A stretch of DNA of 41,499 nucleotides from an uncultured Anaerolineales bacterium (GTDB lineage Bacteria > Chloroflexota > Anaerolineae > B4-G1 > DUEL01): NCBI GenBank assembly GCA_964580565.1, contig CAZOLN010000003.1, forward strand, positions 1 to 41,499, written 5' to 3'. The stretch's first letter is position 1; each line of letters starts with the position of its first letter. The position numbers and the translations under genes are program-made. The notes under the pieces were generated by a model. That model saw nothing but the letters and a program-made list of their open reading frames with translations. It made no database searches and was not told the origin of the DNA. Below are positions 1-8,314 of the stretch, in pieces.

Positions 1-284
1 CGCAGCACGGCGTCGCTGTTCAGGAGCAGGAAATACCGCCCCTGGGCCACCGCCATCGCCTGGTTGTTGGCCCGGGCGAACCCCACGTTCTCCCGGTTGA
101 CGATCAACCGGGCCTGGGGGAACCGCTCCCGCACCATCTCCGCGCTCCCGTCGGTGGAGCCGTTGTCCACCACGATGACCTCCACCGCCAGGTCCCCCGC
201 CGCCTCGTAGACGGACCTCAGGCACTGCTCCAGCAACGCCCGCGTGTTCCAACTAACCACGACGACCGAGACATCCACTCTCAT
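1..284 (-). CDS. Glycosyltransferase family 2, N-terminal part (gene runs off the left edge)
   Basis: My own reverse translation from ATG at 284 gives MRVDVSVVVVSWNTRALLEQCLRSVYEAAGDLAVEVIVVDNGSTDGSAEMVRERFPQARLIVNRENVGFARANNQAM..LLLNSDAVL, a typical GT-A/GT2 N-terminus. It is absent from the ORF track because it is truncated. ATGA overlap with the upstream stop at 281-283. Confidence 0.8.
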   Translation of the reverse strand, partial: MRVDVSVVVVSWNTRALLEQCLRSVYEAAGDLAVEVIVVDNGSTDGSAEMVRERFPQARLIVNRENVGFARANNQAMAVAQGRYFLLLNSDAVL

Positions 285-1732
285 CCCCCACTTCCCTGCT
301 TCCTTGCTTCCTCGCTTCCTTGCTTCCCTGCTTCCCCACTCCCCTCTCTCCTACTTCCCTGCTCCCTCAAGAACAACGCCTGGGCCGCCCCCAGCAGCGC
401 CCAGGTATAGACGGCGTAGTCGAACCCGGCGATGGTCTGGGTGTAGACGAAGGGGACGATCCAATCCCCCAGCGCCATCGCCACCAGCGCGCCCACGTAT
501 CCACCGACCGCGGCCAGCCCGAACGCCTCGGCGAAGTCCTGCCGCCCCTTCACCCGCCGGTACAGCCGCCAGAGGACCACGCCCGTCGCCGCCCAGAACC
601 ACAGGAAGAAGAAAAGACCCACCACGCCTGTCTGGGAGAGGACGTCGATGTAGGTGCTGTGGGAGGCCATCGCCTCCAGCGGGAAGTAATTCATGTAGTA
701 GACCGCGTAGCCCGCCGGTCCAACGCCGAAGAGCCAGTGCTCCCCCGTCACCCGCCAGTTGTGAAGCCAGGCGTCGACCCGCGTCACGCCGCTGGCGACC
801 ATCTCCTGCTGCAATTTGGCCTCCACCGCGGGGAGGTTAAAAGCGACGTACAGAGTCACCGCCACGATCAGGAGGATCAGCACCTTGCGCGAGCGCAACA
901 CCCCGATCGCCGCCAGCCCGGCCATCGCCGGCACCCAGGAGGAGAGCCAGCGGAACTGGTGGACGAAGACCTGGTAGAACCACGCCCCGGCCAGGACCAC
1001 CAGCGCCAGGCGGAGCAGCAGGGGCAACCGACGATGGAAGAACCCCAGGGCGAGGGCTAGGCAGATGAACCAGGTCGGGAAGAGCGGCCGCACCTGGAGG
1101 AAGTCCAGGTAGGGCAGGCGCAGGTAGTACCTCAGGATGGCCGCCGTCCCGACGACCAGCAGCAGGCCGACCAGGACACGGACCCACCGGGTATCTTCCT
1201 GCTGGGCCGCCACGAGGAACACCCCCGGCAGCAGGACCATCACGGCCAGCCCACCCAACTGGACGAAGGGCCAGGTGGGCCAGGGCTGCACCAGAACGTC
1301 CCGGAAGGCGATGCTCCAGGGAAGCGAGATGATGGACACCGCGACGAAGCCCAGGAGGGGTACGTTGACCGGCGAGGGCTTGAGCCGGATCTTCCGATCG
1401 GCCAGCCACTGGCTCGCCACCCACCAGGCGACGACGCCCCCCGCCAGGACCAGGCTGATGGGGATGCGGCTTCGGGTGCCGGTGGGAAGCGTGTAGCGGA
1501 TAACGGCGGCGGCAGCGATCACGCCGACGATCCCGTGTTCGATGCGCGCCCGTCCGAGACCCAGCGCCCCTACCAGAGGGAGGAACACGAACGGCAACAG
1601 CAACCAGGGACGGGCCATCCGCACGGCGATCCAGCCTACCGCCACCCCAAACGCCAACACGCCGACGACCATCCCCGCTCGCAACAGCCAGAGCCAGAGG
1701 ACGGGAAAGCGCCGCTCAACTGATGTCAACAT
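281..1732 (-). CDS. Polytopic membrane protein with O-antigen ligase / Wzy_C-type domain (ligase, polymerase or O-oligosaccharyltransferase)
   Basis: Many hydrophobic helices. Signature WLHNWRVTGEHWLFGVGPAGY...ASHSTYIDVLSQTGVVGL. Start trimmed to ATG 1732 (MLTSVERRFPVLWLW), because the longer ORF overlaps the upstream GT gene. The last ~27 codons are encoded by the octamer array. Confidence 0.7.
   Translation of the reverse strand: MLTSVERRFPVLWLWLLRAGMVVGVLAFGVAVGWIAVRMARPWLLLPFVFLPLVGALGLGRARIEHGIVGVIAAAAVIRYTLPTGTRSRIPISLVLAGGVVAWWVASQWLADRKIRLKPSPVNVPLLGFVAVSIISLPWSIAFRDVLVQPWPTWPFVQLGGLAVMVLLPGVFLVAAQQEDTRWVRVLVGLLLVVGTAAILRYYLRLPYLDFLQVRPLFPTWFICLALALGFFHRRLPLLLRLALVVLAGAWFYQVFVHQFRWLSSWVPAMAGLAAIGVLRSRKVLILLIVAVTLYVAFNLPAVEAKLQQEMVASGVTRVDAWLHNWRVTGEHWLFGVGPAGYAVYYMNYFPLEAMASHSTYIDVLSQTGVVGLFFFLWFWAATGVVLWRLYRRVKGRQDFAEAFGLAAVGGYVGALVAMALGDWIVPFVYTQTIAGFDYAVYTWALLGAAQALFLREQGSRREGSGEAGKQGSEEARKQGSGG
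291..368 (-). repeat. Octamer tandem array, CARGGAAG on the gene strand (5 clean plus about 4 degenerate units)
   Basis: Plus strand reads cttccctg cttccttg cttcctcg cttccttg cttccctg cttcccca ctcccctc... The array ends 6 nt before ATG 284. Confidence 0.85.
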
Positions 1733-2939
1733 CGTTCCACTCCGCCACGACCTGTTCCAGAAACGCCTCGAACCGCCGCCCAATCTCCCGCCAGTCGTAC
1801 CGCTCCCGCACCAACCGACGCCCGTTCCGCGCCAACCGCTCACGCAGAGCGGGGTCCTCCAGCAGCCGGACCACCTGGGCGGCGAAGGCCTCCGGCTCGT
1901 CGGCGAGCAGGATGTCCTCCCCCGGCCGGACCTCCAAGCCCTCGGCTCCCTTCGTCGTGGCGACCACGGGCACGCCCAGCGCCATTGCCTCCAGCACCTT
2001 CAGCCGGGTTCCTCCGCCCGTCGTGATTGGAACTACGCAGACCTTGCTGCGGGCGATGCGGGGGCGGACGTCCTCCAGGTAGCCGGTGAGGATCACGTTG
2101 TCGGAAAGGGGGAGACGGGCCAGATCGACCCCCTCTGTCCGACCGGTGATGAAGAGACGCACCCCCGGCCGCCGGGCTACGATTCGGGGCATCACTCCTT
2201 CCAAAAAGAATTCCATCGCCAGCAGGTTGGCGCTGTAGGTCAGCGAGCCGGGGAAGACCAGGGTATCAGGCTCCACCGGGCCAAAGTCTCCGTCATATCG
2301 TGACGGGTCGACCCCGTTGGGGATCACCACCGTCCGGTGGACCTGAGGAGCGACCTGCTCCAACGTCTCCCGCTCCAGATCCGAGGCGACGGTGCACCCT
2401 GCCACCTCGGAGAGAAGCCAAGCCGCATATCGGCGCAACTTCCACCACGTGAGCCGATGCCTCAGGCGACCCCATACCGTCCGCTGCGCCTGCATCTTGT
2501 TGTGGATCATCCGCAGTTCCACATCCTCCACCACGTGGGGTACATCGGTCCGGCCTGCCACGTAGCGGGTAGTGGTGAAGGACGGGCCAATCTCAGAGGT
2601 CACCACTACATCGTACCTCCCCCGCCCCAGTGCTTCCCCTACGAGCGCGTCCATCTCCGGGCTATAGGTCTCCCGCACCGAGCGGGGGAGAGGAGAGAGC
2701 AACCCGATGAGACTCCCCACCCTCTGGGGATGGAACGCCCGTAGCGGGGCCGTCCCCAAGAGCAGGCAACGAGCACGCAGTGCGTCGCCGACGGGCGGGA
2801 CGTCCCGCCCGTCGCGGACGAAGGCCAGCAGGTCCACCTCGTTGCAGCGAGTCAACTCCCGCAGTAGGTAGTAGGTCCGCATCCGTGCCCCGTTGTCGGG
2901 CGGCAAGGGGTACCAGGCGGCGAGGAAGAGGATGCGCAT
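1716..2939 (-). CDS. Glycosyltransferase family 4 (GT-B fold)
   Basis: MRILFLAAWYPLPPDNGARMRTYYLLREL N-terminus. C-terminal GGTRLKVLEAMALGVPVVATTKGAEGL (E-x7-E type) motif. ATG 2939 is preceded by GGAGGTGA. Confidence 0.85.
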   Translation of the reverse strand: MRILFLAAWYPLPPDNGARMRTYYLLRELTRCNEVDLLAFVRDGRDVPPVGDALRARCLLLGTAPLRAFHPQRVGSLIGLLSPLPRSVRETYSPEMDALVGEALGRGRYDVVVTSEIGPSFTTTRYVAGRTDVPHVVEDVELRMIHNKMQAQRTVWGRLRHRLTWWKLRRYAAWLLSEVAGCTVASDLERETLEQVAPQVHRTVVIPNGVDPSRYDGDFGPVEPDTLVFPGSLTYSANLLAMEFFLEGVMPRIVARRPGVRLFITGRTEGVDLARLPLSDNVILTGYLEDVRPRIARSKVCVVPITTGGGTRLKVLEAMALGVPVVATTKGAEGLEVRPGEDILLADEPEAFAAQVVRLLEDPALRERLARNGRRLVRERYDWREIGRRFEAFLEQVVAEWNDVDIS

Positions 2940-2941
2940 TC

Positions 2942-3886
2942 TCACCTCCATAAGATCTGCCGTCCCCACCGGCCCCGGAAGTGGTCGACCACGCCTCGCC
3001 AAAGCGCGCGCCGCTGTGCTCGCTTCCCCCACCACTTCGGCCGCACCGTCCAGGCGATCGACCGACGCATATACTCCATCAGCAGCGTATGGATCCACGC
3101 CCGGTATCCTGCCCCGGTCGATTCCAAGAACAGCAACCGGTTGCGGCTCATATAGTAGTGCACCATCGGCGAAGCCTCCCGCCCGTCGGACGGGATCTTG
3201 TGCCAGATATGCGCGCCGGGCACGTGGAGGATGCGGAATCCCGCACGGCGGATGCGGACGCACCATTCAACCTCCTCATAGTAGAGAAAGAACCGCTCGT
3301 CCAGCAGGCCGACCCGCTCCACCGCCTCCCGCCGCACCAACATCGCGCACCCGCTGACGAAGTCCACCTCCCGCGGCGCGGTGCCGAACTGCCCCCGATC
3401 CGGCTCATCCAACCCCACCATCCGGGTCCGCCCTCGCCGCCAGTCGATGGCTCCACCGGCCGACCAGACCACGTCGGGCCGGTCGTAGTAGTAGATGGTC
3501 GGGCCAACCACCCCCACCCGGGGGTCGGCCTCCGCCGCCTCCACCAACCGACGGAGGAAGCCGGGGGCGACCTCCGTATCGTTGTTGAGGAGGAGCACGT
3601 AGTCGGCCCCGCGCTCCAGCGCGTACCGAAGCCCCACGTTGTTGCCACCCGCGTATCCCAGGTTCTCCCCGGTCTCCAGGAGGGCCACACGGGGGAACCG
3701 CTGCCGGAGCAGGCCCGGCGAGCCGTCGGTGGAGCCGTTATCCACCACCACAACCTCCAAGGACGGGTAATCCACCTCCGCCAACGAAGCCAGACAGGCG
3801 GTGGTGTCCTCCAGGCCGTTCCAGTTCAGCACGACGGCGGTGACACGGGGCCACTTTTCCACCCTAACCATCTCCTCAGGGCCCAT
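2942..3886 (-). CDS. Glycosyltransferase family 2 (rhamnosyltransferase-like)
   Basis: VTAVVLNWNGLEDTTACLASL..VVVVDNGSTDGS..GYAGGNNVGLRYA..LLLNNDTEV motifs. The start is either 3886 (11-nt overlap with the upstream stop) or 3871. Confidence 0.85.
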   Translation of the reverse strand: MGPEEMVRVEKWPRVTAVVLNWNGLEDTTACLASLAEVDYPSLEVVVVDNGSTDGSPGLLRQRFPRVALLETGENLGYAGGNNVGLRYALERGADYVLLLNNDTEVAPGFLRRLVEAAEADPRVGVVGPTIYYYDRPDVVWSAGGAIDWRRGRTRMVGLDEPDRGQFGTAPREVDFVSGCAMLVRREAVERVGLLDERFFLYYEEVEWCVRIRRAGFRILHVPGAHIWHKIPSDGREASPMVHYYMSRNRLLFLESTGAGYRAWIHTLLMEYMRRSIAWTVRPKWWGKRAQRRALWRGVVDHFRGRWGRQILWR

Positions 3887-6800
3887 TCCGCAGCACCAAC
3901 GGCAGGAACACCCGCCCTGCAGGCACCACGCGCAGCGTTACCCAGTCGCTGCGGGGAGGGTTCGAGCGGGTTGTGGCGACGATCGTCCACGTCCCGAACC
4001 ACTCCGCAGTGTAGACATTCCCATTCCACATCCCACCCGCTTCCTTGTCAATGGTGTACTTACACCAGGGAGTCCAGTCGCCGATGCTGTTGCCGTACAG
4101 GTCGAAGGCCTCCACCGTGGCCGTCACCACCTCCCCGCGACCGACCTCGTAACTGCTGAGGCGGAGTTCGATGTACCCCACCTTGGTTCCAGGCCGCACC
4201 TCGAACGGCTCGCACGCGGCGGAGATCGTCCCATCGGTGACAGTGAGGGTCTGCGTGCCCGCCGTCCCCATCATAAACGCTGTTCCCGTGAACGTGTGCT
4301 TTCCCCCGTCCGCCAGGGTGAACGTATAGGGAGAGTCAACCGTATAGGAGAGGGTGGCCTGCGGATCGGAGGTGAGGAAATAGACGCTGCCCTGGTAGTC
4401 GGTCTTGACGTTGTTGAACCGATCGTAGGCGGTCACCTGCGGCCCGAACGGAGAGAAATGATAGCCTGCGTAGACGACGGTGGGGCACCCCTTGATCCCG
4501 AAAGCGGCGAGCGGGCCGGGCCGGAGGGTCACCGTCACCCGATCCGAGACGCCCCCCGTCTCGGCCCGGACCACCGTCTCCCCCGCCGTCGTGTCGGCCA
4601 GGAGAGGCGCCGTGGCGACGCCGCCCGCGGTCAGCGCGACGTACGGAACGTACGGGAGGTGGGCCGAGCTCCCGCCGCCCACCACCGTGAACGTCACCGG
4701 AACCCGATCGGCGATCGGATCGCCCTGGCCGTCCCACAGCCGGGCCCGCAGGGTCGCGCTGGAAACCCCGTCGGCTACGATAGCGGGGGGATCGGCCTCC
4801 AGAGCCATCTGGGCTGGCGGTGGCGTCACACGGATAAGCCCCGTTGTGTCGGTCCCCAGGGTCGCATGGGTGATGATGACGTGGGCGGTGCCCGTGATGT
4901 GGCCGTGCAGCCGCGCCCAGGTCGCATCGGGGCCGGGGATCAGGTCGCTTGGCACGACGCCTCCGCTCACCGGGACCAAGGTCCAGGAGACCGGCTCCGT
5001 CTGGACGAAGTGGCCCACCTCGTCGCGGGCCACGGCGTACAGATCCGCATAGTAGCCCGAGGCCACCTCCAGCGTATCCACCTCGCCCCCCTCCCCGTCC
5101 GCCTGGCTTTCCACCGCCACGGAGGCGGGCGGTCCGACGCCGCAAACGAGGCCCGATCCCACGGGGTCGGCATCTCCGATGGCGACGCTGGCCCCGCTGA
5201 CGATCCCCTCTACCAAAGAGTCCGTGTCGGCGTCGAACCAGACCTGAAACTCGTTGGGCGTGGCGTACATCGCTCCGTTGGCTGCGCGGACCACCACGAA
5301 GAAGTACACCGTCTCACCGGGGTCCACCACCAGGCGGGCGTCGCCAGGATCGGGGGTGACGGTCCGGTATCCGTCGGCATCCAGCGTCAGGTCGGTCACG
5401 GTGACGACGGCCGTGTCGGCGATCGACCAGCGGCGGTTTCCGCCATCCCGATAGATCCACAGCGTGTCGACGACGTCGTTCGCCTGCGCGGAGGTCAACG
5501 GGGTCCCATCGGGGGCCGTAAACCGGAGACGCCACCAGATCGGGCGGACCCCCTCCTCGGTGGGCAGGCCGTTGTGGGTGAACGCGATGGCGAGCACGTC
5601 GTCCATCTGACCGTGCTGGATGGGCGGCGGGTCGGTCGGCATCGCCGCCTCCGCAACCCCACCGGAGACGTTGCGCCAGAGATCGACCTCGACCCCGTCC
5701 CAGTAATCGCTTCCCTCCACGACGTCGACATCGCCGTCCCGGTCGAAATCGGCCGCAGCCACGGTCCGCACGACCATCTGGCTGGGCGCGATGATGTGGT
5801 CGATCCAGTGGGTGTCGGTCAGGAAATCGCCGAAGGGCACGCCGGAGTTCTCGAACCACATCCGCCGCCAGCGGGTGATCCCGGGCATCACGTCGAGCCA
5901 GCCGTCCCTGTTGAAATCTTCCACGACCAGGGACTCCGCCGAGCCGCCCATCCACGGCGGCGAGGGGGGCGTCCCGTACCAGACCGCCGTGGGCTGCCAG
6001 GTCCAGTGAAACGTGGCCGGCTGTTCATCGAAAGGAGTGCCGTCGTTCTCCCAGACCTTCACCTGGTAGTCCGCCTCGACGTGGTCGGCGGAGACGATGT
6101 CCAGGTCGCCATCCCGATCTAAGTCGGCCAGGACCACGTCGTGGACCGCCGCGCCCCAGTAGCCGTGGTAGTGGCTGGGGTTCTCCTCCGGCCCCAGCGT
6201 CACCGTCGCCGGATCCCGCCCTACGATCGTGACGGTCCAAGCGCCGGCAAAGGGGTCGGTGGGGCTACGCAGGGCAAGCAGTTCATACACGTTTGGCCAC
6301 TCCGACCGAAGGACCGGCGAGATCGGAGTACCCACGGCGGGGGCGTGGTCCGTCCCGGCGACCACGTCGGCCCATCCGTCGCCGTCCAGGTCGCCCACCG
6401 CCACGGCGTTGACGCTGTACGTGAGGACAGCGGCGTCGGTGAAGGACCAGGGGCCGTCAAACGGCGTGCCGTCGTTCCGCCAGAGGGTCACTTTGTGGGC
6501 AGGGCTCGGGTCGGCCAGGTGCTCTCCGGATCCGGTGACCAGGTCGGGCCACCCATCCCGGTCCAGATCGTACACGGCGATGTCACCCACCGGTGCGCCC
6601 GGATCGCCGACGGTGTAACCTGTCCACGGTCCATCCGGCTCGGTGCCCTGGTTCTCCCAGATCCGCAGGAACGGCGGGTCCGTGTGGCCGCTGACGATCT
6701 CCAGATCGCCGTCCTGATCCAGGTCGGCCAGGGCGAGGCTCAGGACCGGTCCCGCCTCTGCCACCAGGTGTGCCGTCCACCCGGCCTCCATAGGCTGCCC

Positions 6801-8297
6801 GTCGCTCGTCCAGACCCGGATCTCGCCGATGCTATCGCCGCTGACCAGGTCGGGCCATCCGTCCCGATCCACGTCGCCGGAGACGAGCGCCCGCACATCG
6901 GCCACGCGGGAACCCACGGGGACCGACGGCTCTGCGAAGAGAGCGCCGCCGTGGATCAAGGTGTTCGGCCACCACGCCACCTCAGGCGCAGCGCCCGCGG
7001 CGACCAAGTCCGGGTCGCCGTCCCCGTCCAGATCGCACGCCACTGCGCGCCAGAGGGGGGCTGCGCTTCCACCCAGCACCACCCCGTCCCAGGCCTGGTC
7101 CAGCCCGCCGACGTTGCGCCAGGCACGGGCGCCCGGGGAGGCGCCTCCGCCCACAGCAGCCAGATCGGGCAGCCCGTCCTCGTCGAAATCGGAGGCGGCC
7201 AACCCGTATGCCGGCCCGCCGAGGCTGCCCAACACCTGGTAGGCAGGCGCGGAGCCACCGAAGGGCTGACCAGGGGCGAAGGGGGTGGCCCAACCCAGGA
7301 TCCGGCCCGCCGCGTCGCCCGCCGCAACATCGGGGAGGCCGTCCCGATCGAAGTCAGCCACCGCGAGGGAGAGGAGATCGTCCCCCGCGCCGCCCCACGT
7401 CTGGGAGAGGGTCCACGACCCGGCGAAGGGCGCGCCGGGGTTCTGCCACAGGCGCAGGTCCCCCGCGGCCGTCGCCAGCACGTCGAGCAGGCCGTCCTGG
7501 TTCAGGTCGGCCACGGCCACGGCGTGGATCGGCCCCCCACCCGTGCTCAACGCGGTCGGCAACCCCCAGTCGGCGGTGAACGGATCGCCGGGGCCCATCG
7601 GGTTGCGCCAGAGGTACACCACCCCGTCGCTCCCGGCGACCACCAGGTCGGGCGCGCCATCCCGATCCAGATCGGCCACCGTCCCCGCCGGGAAGGTCAA
7701 CGCCGTCGAAGCGGTCACCACCCCACCGGTCCCCCAGGCCCCGCCGAAGGGGCTGCCGGGGTTGCGCCACAGGCGGACCTCCCCGTCGCAGAAAGCGACC
7801 AGGTCGGGAAAGGTGTCCCGGTCCAGGTCCGCCGCCGCCAGCCCGTTCACCGCTCCCCCGCAGAGGCCGATCTCCACCGACGTCGAGAACGCCGTTCCTG
7901 CAGCCACCCGCACCGCCGATCCGGCCGCAAAAGCCAGGTCCAGGTCGGCATCGAGGTCCAGATCGGCCACATCCAGCCCGGCCGCGTCCCCACTCGGCGC
8001 GAAGAGGGGCGTCCTCCCACCGAAGGAGAGGGGGTTCCCCTCCACGGGAGGGGAGGCCTGCACGGTCCAGGAGGTGTTCAACAGGGCCAGCAGCGCTACC
8101 GTCAGGAGCGCGGCCCCCGCCACGGGCAGGAGGTAGGCCAACGAATTTCGAACGAACAAACGAACGGCGGCCCACACCGTCCCGGTACGCTGGTCGAGAT
8201 AAACGGAGCCCTGCCCGCCCTCCCGCTGGCGCAGTCCACGGGCCGGCGACCCGGCCTTCTTCCATTCGTTAATTCGTTCCCTCATTCGTTGTTCCAT
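3876..8297 (-). CDS. Giant (about 1473 aa) N-terminally anchored surface protein: FG-GAP/VCBS repeats plus C-terminal bacterial Ig-like (Big) domains
   Basis: TM segment LAYLLPVAGAALLTVALLALL. Well over ten repeats of the D(L/F)D(G/R)DG.(P/L)D(L/V)...W.N type. The C-terminal third has invasin-like Ig repeats (LEADPPAIVADGVSSATLRARLWDGQGDPI). Start trimmed to ATG 8297 (AAGGAG SD), since the ORF-track start 8540 overlaps the SGNH gene. Confidence 0.8.
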   Translation of the reverse strand: MEQRMRERINEWKKAGSPARGLRQREGGQGSVYLDQRTGTVWAAVRLFVRNSLAYLLPVAGAALLTVALLALLNTSWTVQASPPVEGNPLSFGGRTPLFAPSGDAAGLDVADLDLDADLDLAFAAGSAVRVAAGTAFSTSVEIGLCGGAVNGLAAADLDRDTFPDLVAFCDGEVRLWRNPGSPFGGAWGTGGVVTASTALTFPAGTVADLDRDGAPDLVVAGSDGVVYLWRNPMGPGDPFTADWGLPTALSTGGGPIHAVAVADLNQDGLLDVLATAAGDLRLWQNPGAPFAGSWTLSQTWGGAGDDLLSLAVADFDRDGLPDVAAGDAAGRILGWATPFAPGQPFGGSAPAYQVLGSLGGPAYGLAASDFDEDGLPDLAAVGGGASPGARAWRNVGGLDQAWDGVVLGGSAAPLWRAVACDLDGDGDPDLVAAGAAPEVAWWPNTLIHGGALFAEPSVPVGSRVADVRALVSGDVDRDGWPDLVSGDSIGEIRVWTSDGQPMEAGWTAHLVAEAGPVLSLALADLDQDGDLEIVSGHTDPPFLRIWENQGTEPDGPWTGYTVGDPGAPVGDIAVYDLDRDGWPDLVTGSGEHLADPSPAHKVTLWRNDGTPFDGPWSFTDAAVLTYSVNAVAVGDLDGDGWADVVAGTDHAPAVGTPISPVLRSEWPNVYELLALRSPTDPFAGAWTVTIVGRDPATVTLGPEENPSHYHGYWGAAVHDVVLADLDRDGDLDIVSADHVEADYQVKVWENDGTPFDEQPATFHWTWQPTAVWYGTPPSPPWMGGSAESLVVEDFNRDGWLDVMPGITRWRRMWFENSGVPFGDFLTDTHWIDHIIAPSQMVVRTVAAADFDRDGDVDVVEGSDYWDGVEVDLWRNVSGGVAEAAMPTDPPPIQHGQMDDVLAIAFTHNGLPTEEGVRPIWWRLRFTAPDGTPLTSAQANDVVDTLWIYRDGGNRRWSIADTAVVTVTDLTLDADGYRTVTPDPGDARLVVDPGETVYFFVVVRAANGAMYATPNEFQVWFDADTDSLVEGIVSGASVAIGDADPVGSGLVCGVGPPASVAVESQADGEGGEVDTLEVASGYYADLYAVARDEVGHFVQTEPVSWTLVPVSGGVVPSDLIPGPDATWARLHGHITGTAHVIITHATLGTDTTGLIRVTPPPAQMALEADPPAIVADGVSSATLRARLWDGQGDPIADRVPVTFTVVGGGSSAHLPYVPYVALTAGGVATAPLLADTTAGETVVRAETGGVSDRVTVTLRPGPLAAFGIKGCPTVVYAGYHFSPFGPQVTAYDRFNNVKTDYQGSVYFLTSDPQATLSYTVDSPYTFTLADGGKHTFTGTAFMMGTAGTQTLTVTDGTISAACEPFEVRPGTKVGYIELRLSSYEVGRGEVVTATVEAFDLYGNSIGDWTPWCKYTIDKEAGGMWNGNVYTAEWFGTWTIVATTRSNPPRSDWVTLRVVPAGRVFLPLVLRNGP

Positions 8298-8314
8298 TCC
8301 CTGCTCCTTGAACC

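Noticed and set aside
244-840. Plus-strand 198-aa and 246-aa ORFs at the left end
   Set aside because: They are Pro/Arg-rich translations antisense to the Wzy_C membrane protein and partly made of the octamer repeat. There is no coding evidence.
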